A stretch of 53,818 nt of DNA from Alphaproteobacteria bacterium (GTDB taxonomy: Bacteria > Pseudomonadota > Alphaproteobacteria > GCA-2731375): the NCBI GenBank assembly GCA_028824965.1, contig JAPKBD010000002.1:1-53818 (forward strand). The letters run 5' to 3'. Below, in pieces: positions 8,436-16,567 of this stretch (within the stretch, counting starts at the first letter, position 1; each line of letters opens with the position of its first letter). The notes under the pieces were generated by a model that saw only the letters and a program-made list of their open reading frames with translations, had not been told where the DNA came from and did not search any database. The translations under genes and the position numbers were made by a program.

Positions 8436-8503
8436 AGCAATTCCGATCAATTGTGCATCGCCCAAAGCATTGGTGCGTATTTATGTGATTGGAAAAAATG
8501 CCG
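8434..8503 (-). repeat. Copy of the AGAGCAATT-bounded core element (reverse orientation relative to the 43310-43380 copy)
   Basis: The reverse complement CGGCATTTTTTCCAATCACATAAATACGCACCAATGCTTTGGGCGATGCACAATTGATCGGAATTGCTCT aligns along its whole length with 43310-43380 (AGAGCAATTTTTCCAATCACTTGG...GGGCGAT...TTGATCGGAATTGCTCT). Confidence 0.75.
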
Positions 8504-8539
8504 AAAAAATGGCCGGACACATATTTCATGTATCCGGCC
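8491..8539 (-). terminator. Rho-independent terminator for the P460-like gene
   Basis: On the minus strand, a GGCCGGA...TCCGGCC stem with an inner ACAT/ATGT extension (8511-8539) is followed by AUUUUUUCGGCAUUUUUUCC. Confidence 0.55.
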
Positions 8540-8581
8540 AAGTGTGGAGACGAGACAACAGGTAGGCTGCTACAGGAACAC

Positions 8582-9619
8582 TTAGGGTACGCGGTACTCA
8601 TCGGGTAGGAACATCAGGCTGTCTTGTTCGTCTGCCACGGCCATGTGGCATTCGTAACAAAATTTCACCTTGGCCGAACCAGTGCCGTTTGTGGTGCCAA
8701 AGACCTGGCCGTTTGGCAGCACCATGACGTAACGCCAGTTGCCGGATTCTTTGTTGAAATTCGAGGACATTTTTTCCATGAGGAATAGCGGCCCTGGCCC
8801 AACCTTACCCTGGGCCGAAACCGTGAAGCTGTCTTTGGCCAGCTTTGCACCAACAGGCATCCGACCCACGGCCTCATACTTGCCGTACCTCCCCGCTAAT
8901 GAATTGCCGTAATTATTGACGAAACGGCCACCATGGGTGTCTGAAACATAGGGTTGGGTGGTGTAGTTTTTCCAATCCTTGTAGTGGCTGGCGACCGCCA
9001 TTCCGGATTTTGAATAGCCGGCGACCAGGTCTTTGATGATGCTGGCATAAGCTTTGCGCGCCTGTCCCGCCGTCAGCTCTGGCGCCTCGGCACCGCCACA
9101 GGGATTACAGGCACCGCAGGCGTTCTTTGCCGCACAGGGGTTACATGGGTTGCATACGCCACATCCGGTCTTCTTCGCTGCACAGGGATTACATGCGCTA
9201 CATCCCTTCTTGGCGGCGCAGGGGTTGCAAGCACCGCAGCCTTTTTTGGCAGCGCACGGGTTACATGCGCCACAACCCTTTTTGGTAGCGCAGGGATTGC
9301 AGGCACCACAACCGGACTTCTTCGCCGCACATGGATTGCAGCCGCCGCAGCGCGCCTTTTGACCACCACACGGTGTACAGGCGGCAAGCTTTAAGGGGGC
9401 CCAAGGTGCCTGAGGGGCAGGAACGGCAGGCCCATTGGGCAACTGCCCCCTGGCCACCGCAGTTGGGTTTACATTAGCTGAAGCGGCGGACCCGCTCGGC
9501 GCAATTGCGCGGGCGAATGCCACGTCAGCCAGGGAAATTGAGGCACCAGCTGTCAGGGCGGCACCCATAACCACGTGCAAGACGGATATCTTGGTGAGTT
9601 TGTTTTTTCGTTGTTCCAC
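8582..9619 (-). CDS. Secreted Cys-repeat protein with a C-terminal cytochrome-P460-like haem domain
   Basis: The best start is GTG 9619, with GGAGG 7 nt upstream. This gives a Sec-type signal (EQRKNKLTKISVLHVVMGAALTAGASISLADVAFA). Next come seven CGACNPCAAKKG-type repeats. The C-terminal domain carries YKDWKNY...GNWRYVMV...KFCYECHMAV (CxxCH), similar to cytochrome P460 / c'-beta proteins. Confidence 0.6.
   Translation of the reverse strand: MEQRKNKLTKISVLHVVMGAALTAGASISLADVAFARAIAPSGSAASANVNPTAVARGQLPNGPAVPAPQAPWAPLKLAACTPCGGQKARCGGCNPCAAKKSGCGACNPCATKKGCGACNPCAAKKGCGACNPCAAKKGCSACNPCAAKKTGCGVCNPCNPCAAKNACGACNPCGGAEAPELTAGQARKAYASIIKDLVAGYSKSGMAVASHYKDWKNYTTQPYVSDTHGGRFVNNYGNSLAGRYGKYEAVGRMPVGAKLAKDSFTVSAQGKVGPGPLFLMEKMSSNFNKESGNWRYVMVLPNGQVFGTTNGTGSAKVKFCYECHMAVADEQDSLMFLPDEYRVP
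9095..9379 (-). repeat. In-frame tandem 36-39 nt coding repeats (7 units, 24 Cys in 95 aa) inside the P460-like gene
   Basis: Units are CGGCNPCAAKKSG, CGACNPCATKKG, CGACNPCAAKKG (x2), CSACNPCAAKKTG, CGVCNPCNPCAAKNA and CGACNPCGG. The two identical peptide units differ at 9 of 12 codons, all synonymous. Confidence 0.9.
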
Positions 9620-9789
9620 GATGCAGCCTCCGGGCATTTGCGATTTGTTGATGTTGTTTTCCATATTCAATCTGCTCTCAACCTGGCTGCTTAACGAGTC
9701 ACATCGCCTCAAACTTCCGTGATGCTCCCTTTGATAAAGCCTGTCCTGCGTATAAATTCAGGTTCGGCTTCGAGAGGGAGGACATAATT

Positions 9790-10674
9790 GTGCGATCAGT
9801 TGTGCGATCGTTAGGCATCATGAGCACCATGGCCACCATGATCATCGGCCTTTGGGTTTACAGTGTCCATGCTGGCACTCTCTTGCTTCCGCAAACCATC
9901 ACGGTCCCCGCCGGGACATTCATTGCCGGATCAGACAGGGCGGAACGGGATGCCGCCTATGACCTGGACCAGGCGGCCTATGGTCACGACCGGACCCGGC
10001 AGTGGGGTTGGTACGATGACGAACGACCGCGAAGTCAACTGCACATGGCCGCATTCGTTATCACCCGGACCCTGATCACCAATGTTCAATACGCGGCCTT
10101 TATCGCAGCCACCGGGCATTCCGCCCCGGATGTGGACGTACAAACCTGGCGCAGTTACGGCCTTATCCATCCCTACATTCGGACCCGGCGGCATGCCTGG
10201 GTGGCCGGCAAGCCCCCTACTGGTCGCGGGGATCATCCGGTGGTTTTAGTTTCGCACCATGATGCGATGTCCTATGCGGCGTGGCTAAACACCTATGGCA
10301 AAGGCCACTGGCGACTACCAAGAGAGCTGGAATGGGAAAAGGCGGCCCGGGGTCGGAATGGACACTATTTCCCCTGGGGCAACAAATTCGACGCCGCGCG
10401 CCTGAACAGCCACGATGTCGGGCCATTTGATACCATTGCGGTAGGTGCTTTTCCTGACGGTGCCAGCCCTTATGGCTTGGTTGATGCCGCAGGTCAGGTG
10501 TTCGAGTGGACGGCAACGCCTGCGAAAAATTCGAAGCCGAGCAAAATCCGATATCTGGTCAAGGGCGGTTCATGGGACGACAAGGGTTGTGGCGTCTGCC
10601 GGCCCGCCGCGCGCCATGGCCGGCCTGCGGCGATAAAGCACATACTGATCGGCTTTCGGCTGATCCGGGAATGA
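9790..10674 (+). CDS. Secreted formylglycine-generating-enzyme (SUMF1/FGE-sulfatase) family protein
   Basis: GTG start with GGGAGG 8 nt upstream and an N-terminal hydrophobic signal. Motifs: HPVVLVSHHDAMSYAAWL, WRLPRELEWEKAARG, PWGN, SPYGLVDAAGQVFEWT, VKGGSWDDKGCGVCRPAARHGR, IGFRL. Confidence 0.75.
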   Translation: MRSVVRSLGIMSTMATMIIGLWVYSVHAGTLLLPQTITVPAGTFIAGSDRAERDAAYDLDQAAYGHDRTRQWGWYDDERPRSQLHMAAFVITRTLITNVQYAAFIAATGHSAPDVDVQTWRSYGLIHPYIRTRRHAWVAGKPPTGRGDHPVVLVSHHDAMSYAAWLNTYGKGHWRLPRELEWEKAARGRNGHYFPWGNKFDAARLNSHDVGPFDTIAVGAFPDGASPYGLVDAAGQVFEWTATPAKNSKPSKIRYLVKGGSWDDKGCGVCRPAARHGRPAAIKHILIGFRLIRE

Positions 10675-10708
10675 TGCAGAATGGGCCACGAACATAAGGA
10701 TTTCCATC

Positions 10709-11413
10709 ATGAGTCTGTTTGATAACCTGTCCCAGGAGCGGCTGGAAAAAATGGCTGCCGCAGGGACAGAGGTTCTGGAATGCTATCGGGTTCTGGAAAA
10801 GACCTCCGCCAATGTGGTCGGCCACATCATTGAACACAGCGGCACCTTTTATGAATGGGACCATTACCCAGAAGGTGATGTCTATGACCACGAAACCTAT
10901 GGCCAGTATTATTATCATTCCCACCGCCCGGAAGCTGGTGAACACGGCCATTTCCATCTGTTCATGCGCCGCGAAGGCATCCCCGACCGCATGCAGATAA
11001 AGCCGTTTGCAGGCACCGGGGAGTGGCCCGAAAACGACGATATCATCTGTCATCTGATCGCCATTGTCATGGAGCCCAAGGGCTACCCCACCCATCTGTT
11101 CACCACCAACCGCTGGGTCACAGGTGAATATTGGTATGGCGCCGAAGACGTAACAGCCTTGCTGGACAATTATGCCATCGACCACACATTTCCATCCTGG
11201 GCCGCCAACCGCTGGATCACGGCCATGGTGGCGCTGTACCACCCCCAGATTGCACAATTGCTGTTGCAGCGGGATGTCGCCATACAGAATTGGTCGGACA
11301 GCCACGACGGCGATGTGTTGGAGGACCGGGAGTTGGAGGTCACCTCAAAAATCTCCCTGGACATCAAGCATCAGATCAAGCAAATCAATAAGGCATTAAA
11401 GAAATTCAAATAG
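10709..11413 (+). CDS. Conserved hypothetical protein with a His-rich, cupin-like metal motif
   Basis: 234-aa ORF with AAGGA upstream. It contains the segment YYYHSHRPEAGEHGHFHLF. I recognise no characterised family with confidence. Confidence 0.55.
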   Translation: MSLFDNLSQERLEKMAAAGTEVLECYRVLEKTSANVVGHIIEHSGTFYEWDHYPEGDVYDHETYGQYYYHSHRPEAGEHGHFHLFMRREGIPDRMQIKPFAGTGEWPENDDIICHLIAIVMEPKGYPTHLFTTNRWVTGEYWYGAEDVTALLDNYAIDHTFPSWAANRWITAMVALYHPQIAQLLLQRDVAIQNWSDSHDGDVLEDRELEVTSKISLDIKHQIKQINKALKKFK

Positions 11414-11424
11414 ACGCCAATAAA

Positions 11425-11838
11425 ATGGGAAATGGGGACATGGATAAAATCAGCAAGACCGAGGCCGAGTGGCGGGAACAGTTAAGCCCGGAAGAATATC
11501 ACGTGGCCCGGGAAAAAGGCACAGAACGCCCCTTTGGCCCCGGCTACAACAGCAGCTATGAGCTGGGCACCTATGCCTGTATTTGCTGTGGGTTGGAGTT
11601 GTTTACCTCTGAGACGAAGTTCGATTCCGGTACCGGCTGGCCCAGTTTCCACACTCCAATCGCAGCGGAAAATGTTATCGAAGAAGACGACACCTCCCTG
11701 TTCATGAAACGCACCGAAGTTATGTGCGCCCGCTGCGACGGCCATCTGGGTCATCTGTTCCCCGACGGCCCGGCCCCCACGGGCCTGCGATATTGTTTGA
11801 ATTCAGCCTCTTTGCGGCTGATCGAAGAAGATAAATAA
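11425..11838 (+). CDS. msrB: Peptide-methionine (R)-S-oxide reductase
   Basis: Motifs GTYACICCGLELFTSETKFDSGTGWPSF and CARCDGHLGHLFPDGP..TGLRYCLNS (two CxxC pairs and the catalytic RYC). Confidence 0.9.
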   Translation: MGNGDMDKISKTEAEWREQLSPEEYHVAREKGTERPFGPGYNSSYELGTYACICCGLELFTSETKFDSGTGWPSFHTPIAAENVIEEDDTSLFMKRTEVMCARCDGHLGHLFPDGPAPTGLRYCLNSASLRLIEEDK

Positions 11839-11851
11839 GGACCAAATCAGT

Positions 11852-12520
11852 ATGAGTAATCAAACGAGCCCAAATAGCGATATTAGGGCGGTGTTGTGGG
11901 ATTTCGGCGGTGTCTTCACCACGTCGCCGTTTGAGGCATTTACGACGTTCGAGGCGGACCGCGGCCTGCCAAAAGATTTCATCCGCAGCATCAATGCGAC
12001 AAATCCCGACGACAACGCCTGGGCAAAGATGGAACGCAATGATGTCACCAAGGCGGAATTCGGCGACCTGTTCGAAGTCGAATCCCGGGCCGCCGGGCAC
12101 GCCATCAACGGCAGCGAAATCCTGCCCCTGTTATCGGGCCGCATACAGCCCGAAATGGTCACCGCCCTAAGCATCGTCGCCAAACATTACAAGACCGCCT
12201 GCCTGACCAACAACATGCAGACGGGCCACGGCCCGTCCATGACCGGGGACGCGGACAAGGCGGCGGATATCGCCAAGATCATGGAAATATTTGAGCTGGT
12301 GGTCGAATCCAGCAAAATCGGCGTCCGCAAGCCGGAACCAAAGTTCTATCAAACCGCCTGCGAAATGCTGGGTGTGGAGCCGTCCCAGGCAGTCTTTATG
12401 GATGATCTGGGCGTCAACCTGAAACCGGCCAAGGCCATGGGGATGACCACAATCAAGGTGCTGTCAGCGGGCCAGGCCATCGAAGACCTGGAAGCGATCC
12501 TGGGTATTTCCCTGCGATAG
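11852..12520 (+). CDS. HAD-superfamily hydrolase (subfamily IA)
   Basis: Motif I VLWDFGGV and a distal DDLGVNLKPAKAMGM motif; 222 aa. Confidence 0.75.
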   Translation: MSNQTSPNSDIRAVLWDFGGVFTTSPFEAFTTFEADRGLPKDFIRSINATNPDDNAWAKMERNDVTKAEFGDLFEVESRAAGHAINGSEILPLLSGRIQPEMVTALSIVAKHYKTACLTNNMQTGHGPSMTGDADKAADIAKIMEIFELVVESSKIGVRKPEPKFYQTACEMLGVEPSQAVFMDDLGVNLKPAKAMGMTTIKVLSAGQAIEDLEAILGISLR

Positions 12521-12555
12521 CCCTTTCCCTGCAATAGCCCGTTCCTTGCGATAAA

Positions 12556-13818
12556 TTATTTGGGCTGCCGCTTTGGGTTTTGGTCCATCCAGTCCCGTGC
12601 CCGGCCCTGCGCCTCTGTTATCTGTTCCGGGGTCATTTTCTTGGCGACGATGACCCGGTTGACGATGGCCTTTTTCAGGCCGGTGACGTTAGCCACGCTG
12701 AACCATTTGTGCGCTTCGACATAATCCTGGGCGACACCGTAGCCAAGGAAATACATAGCGCCCAAATTGTATTGCGCGCCTACATGGCCACGGGCGGCGG
12801 CTTTGAGGAACCACAAAACAGCTACGGGGCGATCTTGTGGTACGTCGTGGCCGATCTCGTACATCATGCCCAGGGTGAACAGTGCATGGCCGTCTTCGTT
12901 GCGGGCGGTGCGGCGGATCCATTTCACTGCCTCCGCCTCATCCAAGGCCACTGCCTGGCCGTGTTGCGCCATCCATGTACGCGCCAGGGCTTGCGCCTCG
13001 GCGATCTGTTGTTTTGACAATGTCTCGGCCAGGGCATCCCGCAATCGATGGGCTGCTTTGTTTTCATGGGCACCTGATAGGTTCAACCACATATGGGCAC
13101 GAACCATGTCCCAGGGCAGGCCGTGCCCCTCCTGATACAGGGTGCCAAGATTTTGTTGCGCGATCCCATCGCCCTGTAGGGCCGCCAGAGCGTACCAATG
13201 CGCAGCCTTCGCGCCATCCACTTTAGCGTCCCGGCCGGTGTCATACATGACACCAAGATTGCGTTGCGCCTGACCATGACCTTGATCAGCGGCCTGGCGA
13301 TACCATTTTCTGGCTGCGGTAAAATCCTGGGCCAGGCCATCACCGTCATCATACTTCAATCCAAGGCTGTATTGCGCCCCGGCGTCACCTGCGGTTGCTG
13401 CAATCCGATCAGCCTCGGTCGCCGCAGTCACGGCCCGGCCAAAACGCGCCATCCAATCCTGGGCCAATGCTTGGGCCGTCGCGATTTGCGTTTGGTCCAA
13501 AAGCTTCGACAGCCGGTCCCGCAGCCGCCGCGCCTCCCCATTGCCATGGGCCCCAGACAGGTTCAGCCATTTATGGGCCTGCAACAGATCCTTGTCTAAG
13601 CCCTGGCCGTCTTCGTACATGATGCCTAGTACCAACTGGGCCCTGTCATCACCGGCCTGGGCCAAGGGACGCCACAGACGGATCGCTGTTGTGTAGTCCC
13701 CAGCCTCATAGGCCCATGTAGCGTCCTGAAATGTATCTGCTATAGCGAAACGAGGCTGGACGATGGCGAACACGATAGCCAATATCGTTCCGGAAACGGT
13801 CCAACGTATGGTTCTCAT
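12556..13818 (-). CDS. Secreted Sel1-repeat (SLR/TPR-like) protein
   Basis: Repeated units of the type AQxNLGxMYxxGxGVxQDxxxAxxWF. The signal peptide is MRTIRWTVSGTILAIVFAIV. I chose the ATG at 13818, 7 nt after the GST stop, over the 13836 start. Confidence 0.8.
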   Translation of the reverse strand: MRTIRWTVSGTILAIVFAIVQPRFAIADTFQDATWAYEAGDYTTAIRLWRPLAQAGDDRAQLVLGIMYEDGQGLDKDLLQAHKWLNLSGAHGNGEARRLRDRLSKLLDQTQIATAQALAQDWMARFGRAVTAATEADRIAATAGDAGAQYSLGLKYDDGDGLAQDFTAARKWYRQAADQGHGQAQRNLGVMYDTGRDAKVDGAKAAHWYALAALQGDGIAQQNLGTLYQEGHGLPWDMVRAHMWLNLSGAHENKAAHRLRDALAETLSKQQIAEAQALARTWMAQHGQAVALDEAEAVKWIRRTARNEDGHALFTLGMMYEIGHDVPQDRPVAVLWFLKAAARGHVGAQYNLGAMYFLGYGVAQDYVEAHKWFSVANVTGLKKAIVNRVIVAKKMTPEQITEAQGRARDWMDQNPKRQPK

Positions 13819-13825
13819 GACCGCA

Positions 13826-14749
13826 TCATGACACATTCACCCGATACCCCAGACGGGGGAAATGTACACAAACCCGCCCCGCCTGATCATCCTGGCGCAT
13901 CAACGCCAGATGGTTGGCAGACAAACTGTGCAAAACACCTGCAACGGCAGGCCCGCCACTGGCCGGTTCAACGCTAATCTCGTCGCCGATATTCAGGCCC
14001 AGTGGATCGCCCGGATCTGCTTGTTCGGGCGTTTGCGGCGTGGCCTTTTTGGCGATTTCAAGGGCGGCCAGGTCACTCAAATCTGATGGTGTGCCGTGGC
14101 CGATGGCTTTGACCCGGCTCTCCCACGCCTCCAGATTCTCAAACTGTGCCAAAAATGCCTCTCCCGCTGCCATTCGGTCCCGCAGGAACCAGATCAGATA
14201 ATAGGCCAAGGCATCAGGCAGGCCGGGTTGGTCGCCCAGCATAAAATCCCGGACCTGCACCCGTTCATCCATCCAGCCGAATTGCGCCCGAATATTTGCC
14301 AGACATTCCAAATAACGCGCCTTGATATCATCCAGGGTAAAATCAGCGCCAAAATATAACGGCCCCCGATCAGCCAGAAACTCCGGCGGCATGTTCGGGC
14401 TCATTTCCACCAGGGCAACAGCGATCACATCTTGAAACAGGGGCCCATCCGTCCATTGCCCGACGCCCCACGCCAACCCGGCCGCACCGCCGGGAAATAA
14501 CGTCGGCTTAGGAAAACGACGTTCCAATTCCCGTATAATGCATTTGGTATCGCAATAAATATCTGCACCGATTTGCATCACCGGTGTAAGGCGATAGCCC
14601 CCCGTCAACGGCATCAAATTCGGTTTTGGCGGCAGGCGGGGAATTTCGACCGACCGCCAAGCCAATCCCTTAATGCCAAACACCACCCGAACCTTTTCAC
14701 TGACCGGGGATTGAGGGTAGTGATGAAATATAATTTGATCGTCGGGCAT
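13826..14749 (-). CDS. Glutathione S-transferase family protein
   Basis: The N-terminal thioredoxin-like segment is [28 protein letters not shown]...[25 protein letters not shown]; 307 aa. Confidence 0.7.
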   Translation of the reverse strand: MPDDQIIFHHYPQSPVSEKVRVVFGIKGLAWRSVEIPRLPPKPNLMPLTGGYRLTPVMQIGADIYCDTKCIIRELERRFPKPTLFPGGAAGLAWGVGQWTDGPLFQDVIAVALVEMSPNMPPEFLADRGPLYFGADFTLDDIKARYLECLANIRAQFGWMDERVQVRDFMLGDQPGLPDALAYYLIWFLRDRMAAGEAFLAQFENLEAWESRVKAIGHGTPSDLSDLAALEIAKKATPQTPEQADPGDPLGLNIGDEISVEPASGGPAVAGVLHSLSANHLALMRQDDQAGRVCVHFPRLGYRVNVS

Positions 14750-14841
14750 TTAAGTTCCTTTACGGGGTCTGTTATGTTCGTATCGATTGCTACGATACCT
14801 TAGAAGAACTATGCCGGGGCAAGGCAAATTTTGGTGATCCG

Positions 14842-15183
14842 ATGCAGATGACAATTATTCCGACCATGGCCATCTACCTGGGCGCTGCCCTAGCAAAAAT
14901 CGGCGGTTGTTTCGCCTTCTGGGCCTGGCTGCGCCTGGGCAAATCCCCGTGGTGGATTGCACCCGGCATTGCCAGCCTGATTTTGTTTGCTTATCTGCTG
15001 ACAAAGGTCGATGTCACTTTTGCCGGACGGGCCTATGCCGCCTATGGCGGGGTTTATATCACGACGTCATTGCTTTGGCTGTGGGTGGTGGAAATGCACC
15101 GGCCTGACCGTTGGGACCTGATCGGTGCCCTGATTTGTCTCATTGGTGCAGGCATCATACTATTCGGACCCAGAGGGGCGTAA
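14842..15183 (+). CDS. ynfA: YnfA/UPF0060 family small membrane protein
   Basis: 113 aa with 4 TM helices. The segment [21 protein letters not shown] is typical of YnfA. Confidence 0.65.
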   Translation: MQMTIIPTMAIYLGAALAKIGGCFAFWAWLRLGKSPWWIAPGIASLILFAYLLTKVDVTFAGRAYAAYGGVYITTSLLWLWVVEMHRPDRWDLIGALICLIGAGIILFGPRGA

Positions 15184-15905
15184 TGGACGATCTGTTGGTC
15201 GTCGTTGGCCATGGCACGGGCTCAACCCAGGGCGACGCCCCTTTGCATGATCTGGTCTCGGCCTTATCCGAATTGGGTTTGTTCGAGGAGGTGCGGGCTG
15301 CTCTATTGAACGGCAGGCCCAGCCTGGCAGATGCGGTTAGTGGATTTGCGAATGGCGCGGTGCATCTGCTGCCATTCCTGATGAGTGGCGGCGTCACCTT
15401 TCAACGACGTCTGGCAGACGCAATGACAAATGTCACTTGGCAACAAAGGCCGCTGCTGTATCAACCGCTTGGTTTTAATCCTGCGATGGCGGCGCTTTTG
15501 GCAGGCTTCGGAAAATCGACCGCGATAGATTTATCTTGGGACGTCGCGGCCTGTCATTTACTCTTGATCGGCCATGGCACTTTGCGGGACCCAACATCGG
15601 CCCAGGCCGCCCGCCTGCATCAACAGCGCATTGCCGCACAGAACATTTTTGCCCGCGTCGACGTCGCCTTTCTGGATCAACCGCCGCGCCTGGACAATGT
15701 CTTGGCAGACCACATCAATTCACGGGCCCCGCTTTTGGGCATCGGACTTTTCGCTGGTGCCGGCCGACACGGTGGCCAGGATATGACGACGGCCTTTGCC
15801 CAGGTACCGCGCAGGGCGCATTATTGCGGTGCCATCGGCGCCCATCCGGAACTGGCCACACTGGCCCAAATCCACCTAAAGCAAGTACCGCTGCCCGTCG
15901 GCTGA
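15183..15905 (+). CDS. CbiX/SirB-like (sirohydrochlorin chelatase fold) protein
   Basis: Two half-domains each begin with a hydrophobic strand plus GHGT (LLVVVGHGTGS; LLLIGHGTLRD). The ATG overlaps the ynfA stop (TAATG). Confidence 0.5.
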   Translation: MDDLLVVVGHGTGSTQGDAPLHDLVSALSELGLFEEVRAALLNGRPSLADAVSGFANGAVHLLPFLMSGGVTFQRRLADAMTNVTWQQRPLLYQPLGFNPAMAALLAGFGKSTAIDLSWDVAACHLLLIGHGTLRDPTSAQAARLHQQRIAAQNIFARVDVAFLDQPPRLDNVLADHINSRAPLLGIGLFAGAGRHGGQDMTTAFAQVPRRAHYCGAIGAHPELATLAQIHLKQVPLPVG

Positions 15906-15940
15906 CAAATCCGGTCTTTAGCAAAAACCCCTTGAGAATT

Positions 15941-16513
15941 TTAATCAGGGACGCCGAAGCCTATATCAACGTAGTGGAATGATTGGGCAAGTGGAACAGG
16001 CGGGCGCTCAATCTCCGTTGGCTCCGCCGCAGTACCCAGATTGCTGATGGCACAATATATTCGCAATGGTTGGCCTTCTTCCGTAGGCCAGACAGGCAGT
16101 AACAAGGTTCTTATTTCATTGCGCAGGCCGCGCTCACTCAGCACATTTACAATACCGATAGAGCCGCAGGGCGTGCTGATAATACTATCGGTGCGCCTAA
16201 TCCGCTCCACACGTTCTGCCTCAACGGTGAAATCCAAAAGGTTTTGGCCCTTTAACTCCCGGCCAAAAATTTCGCCGTAAAGCTCTCCAACCAACCGATA
16301 GACCAACTTGTCAGGCGCATGGCATTCTATGACCGCCATCCCTGCAAGGCTGCGGCCAAGCATTTCAGGCCGCACCATACGGGCCGACGGTATTGTCTCT
16401 GCGCCGCGCCAGATTTGCCATGCCTTAAACAACGCAAGACAATTATGGGCATCCGACAAGGCCGCCTCGCATCCGGAAATATCGTACACGCCTAATACCG
16501 TCCATTCGCACAA
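15941..16513 (-). CDS. PAS-like (PAS_5-type) domain protein, function unknown
   Basis: 190 aa. The segment MAVIECHAPDKLVYRLVGELYGEIFGRELKGQNLLDF resembles the stand-alone PAS_5 proteins common in Alphaproteobacteria. Confidence 0.45.
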   Translation of the reverse strand: MCEWTVLGVYDISGCEAALSDAHNCLALFKAWQIWRGAETIPSARMVRPEMLGRSLAGMAVIECHAPDKLVYRLVGELYGEIFGRELKGQNLLDFTVEAERVERIRRTDSIISTPCGSIGIVNVLSERGLRNEIRTLLLPVWPTEEGQPLRIYCAISNLGTAAEPTEIERPPVPLAQSFHYVDIGFGVPD

Positions 16514-16567
16514 ACTTTACGGGATGTAAGTCTATACCAATCTATTCCCGAAAGTCTTGACCCAAGT

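Noticed and set aside
9095-9379. Regular ~36-bp periodicity that could be mistaken for a CRISPR array or a VNTR
   Set aside because: The periodicity is in frame within a long ORF, there are no unique spacers, and the units diverge mainly at synonymous sites. This is a coding peptide repeat.
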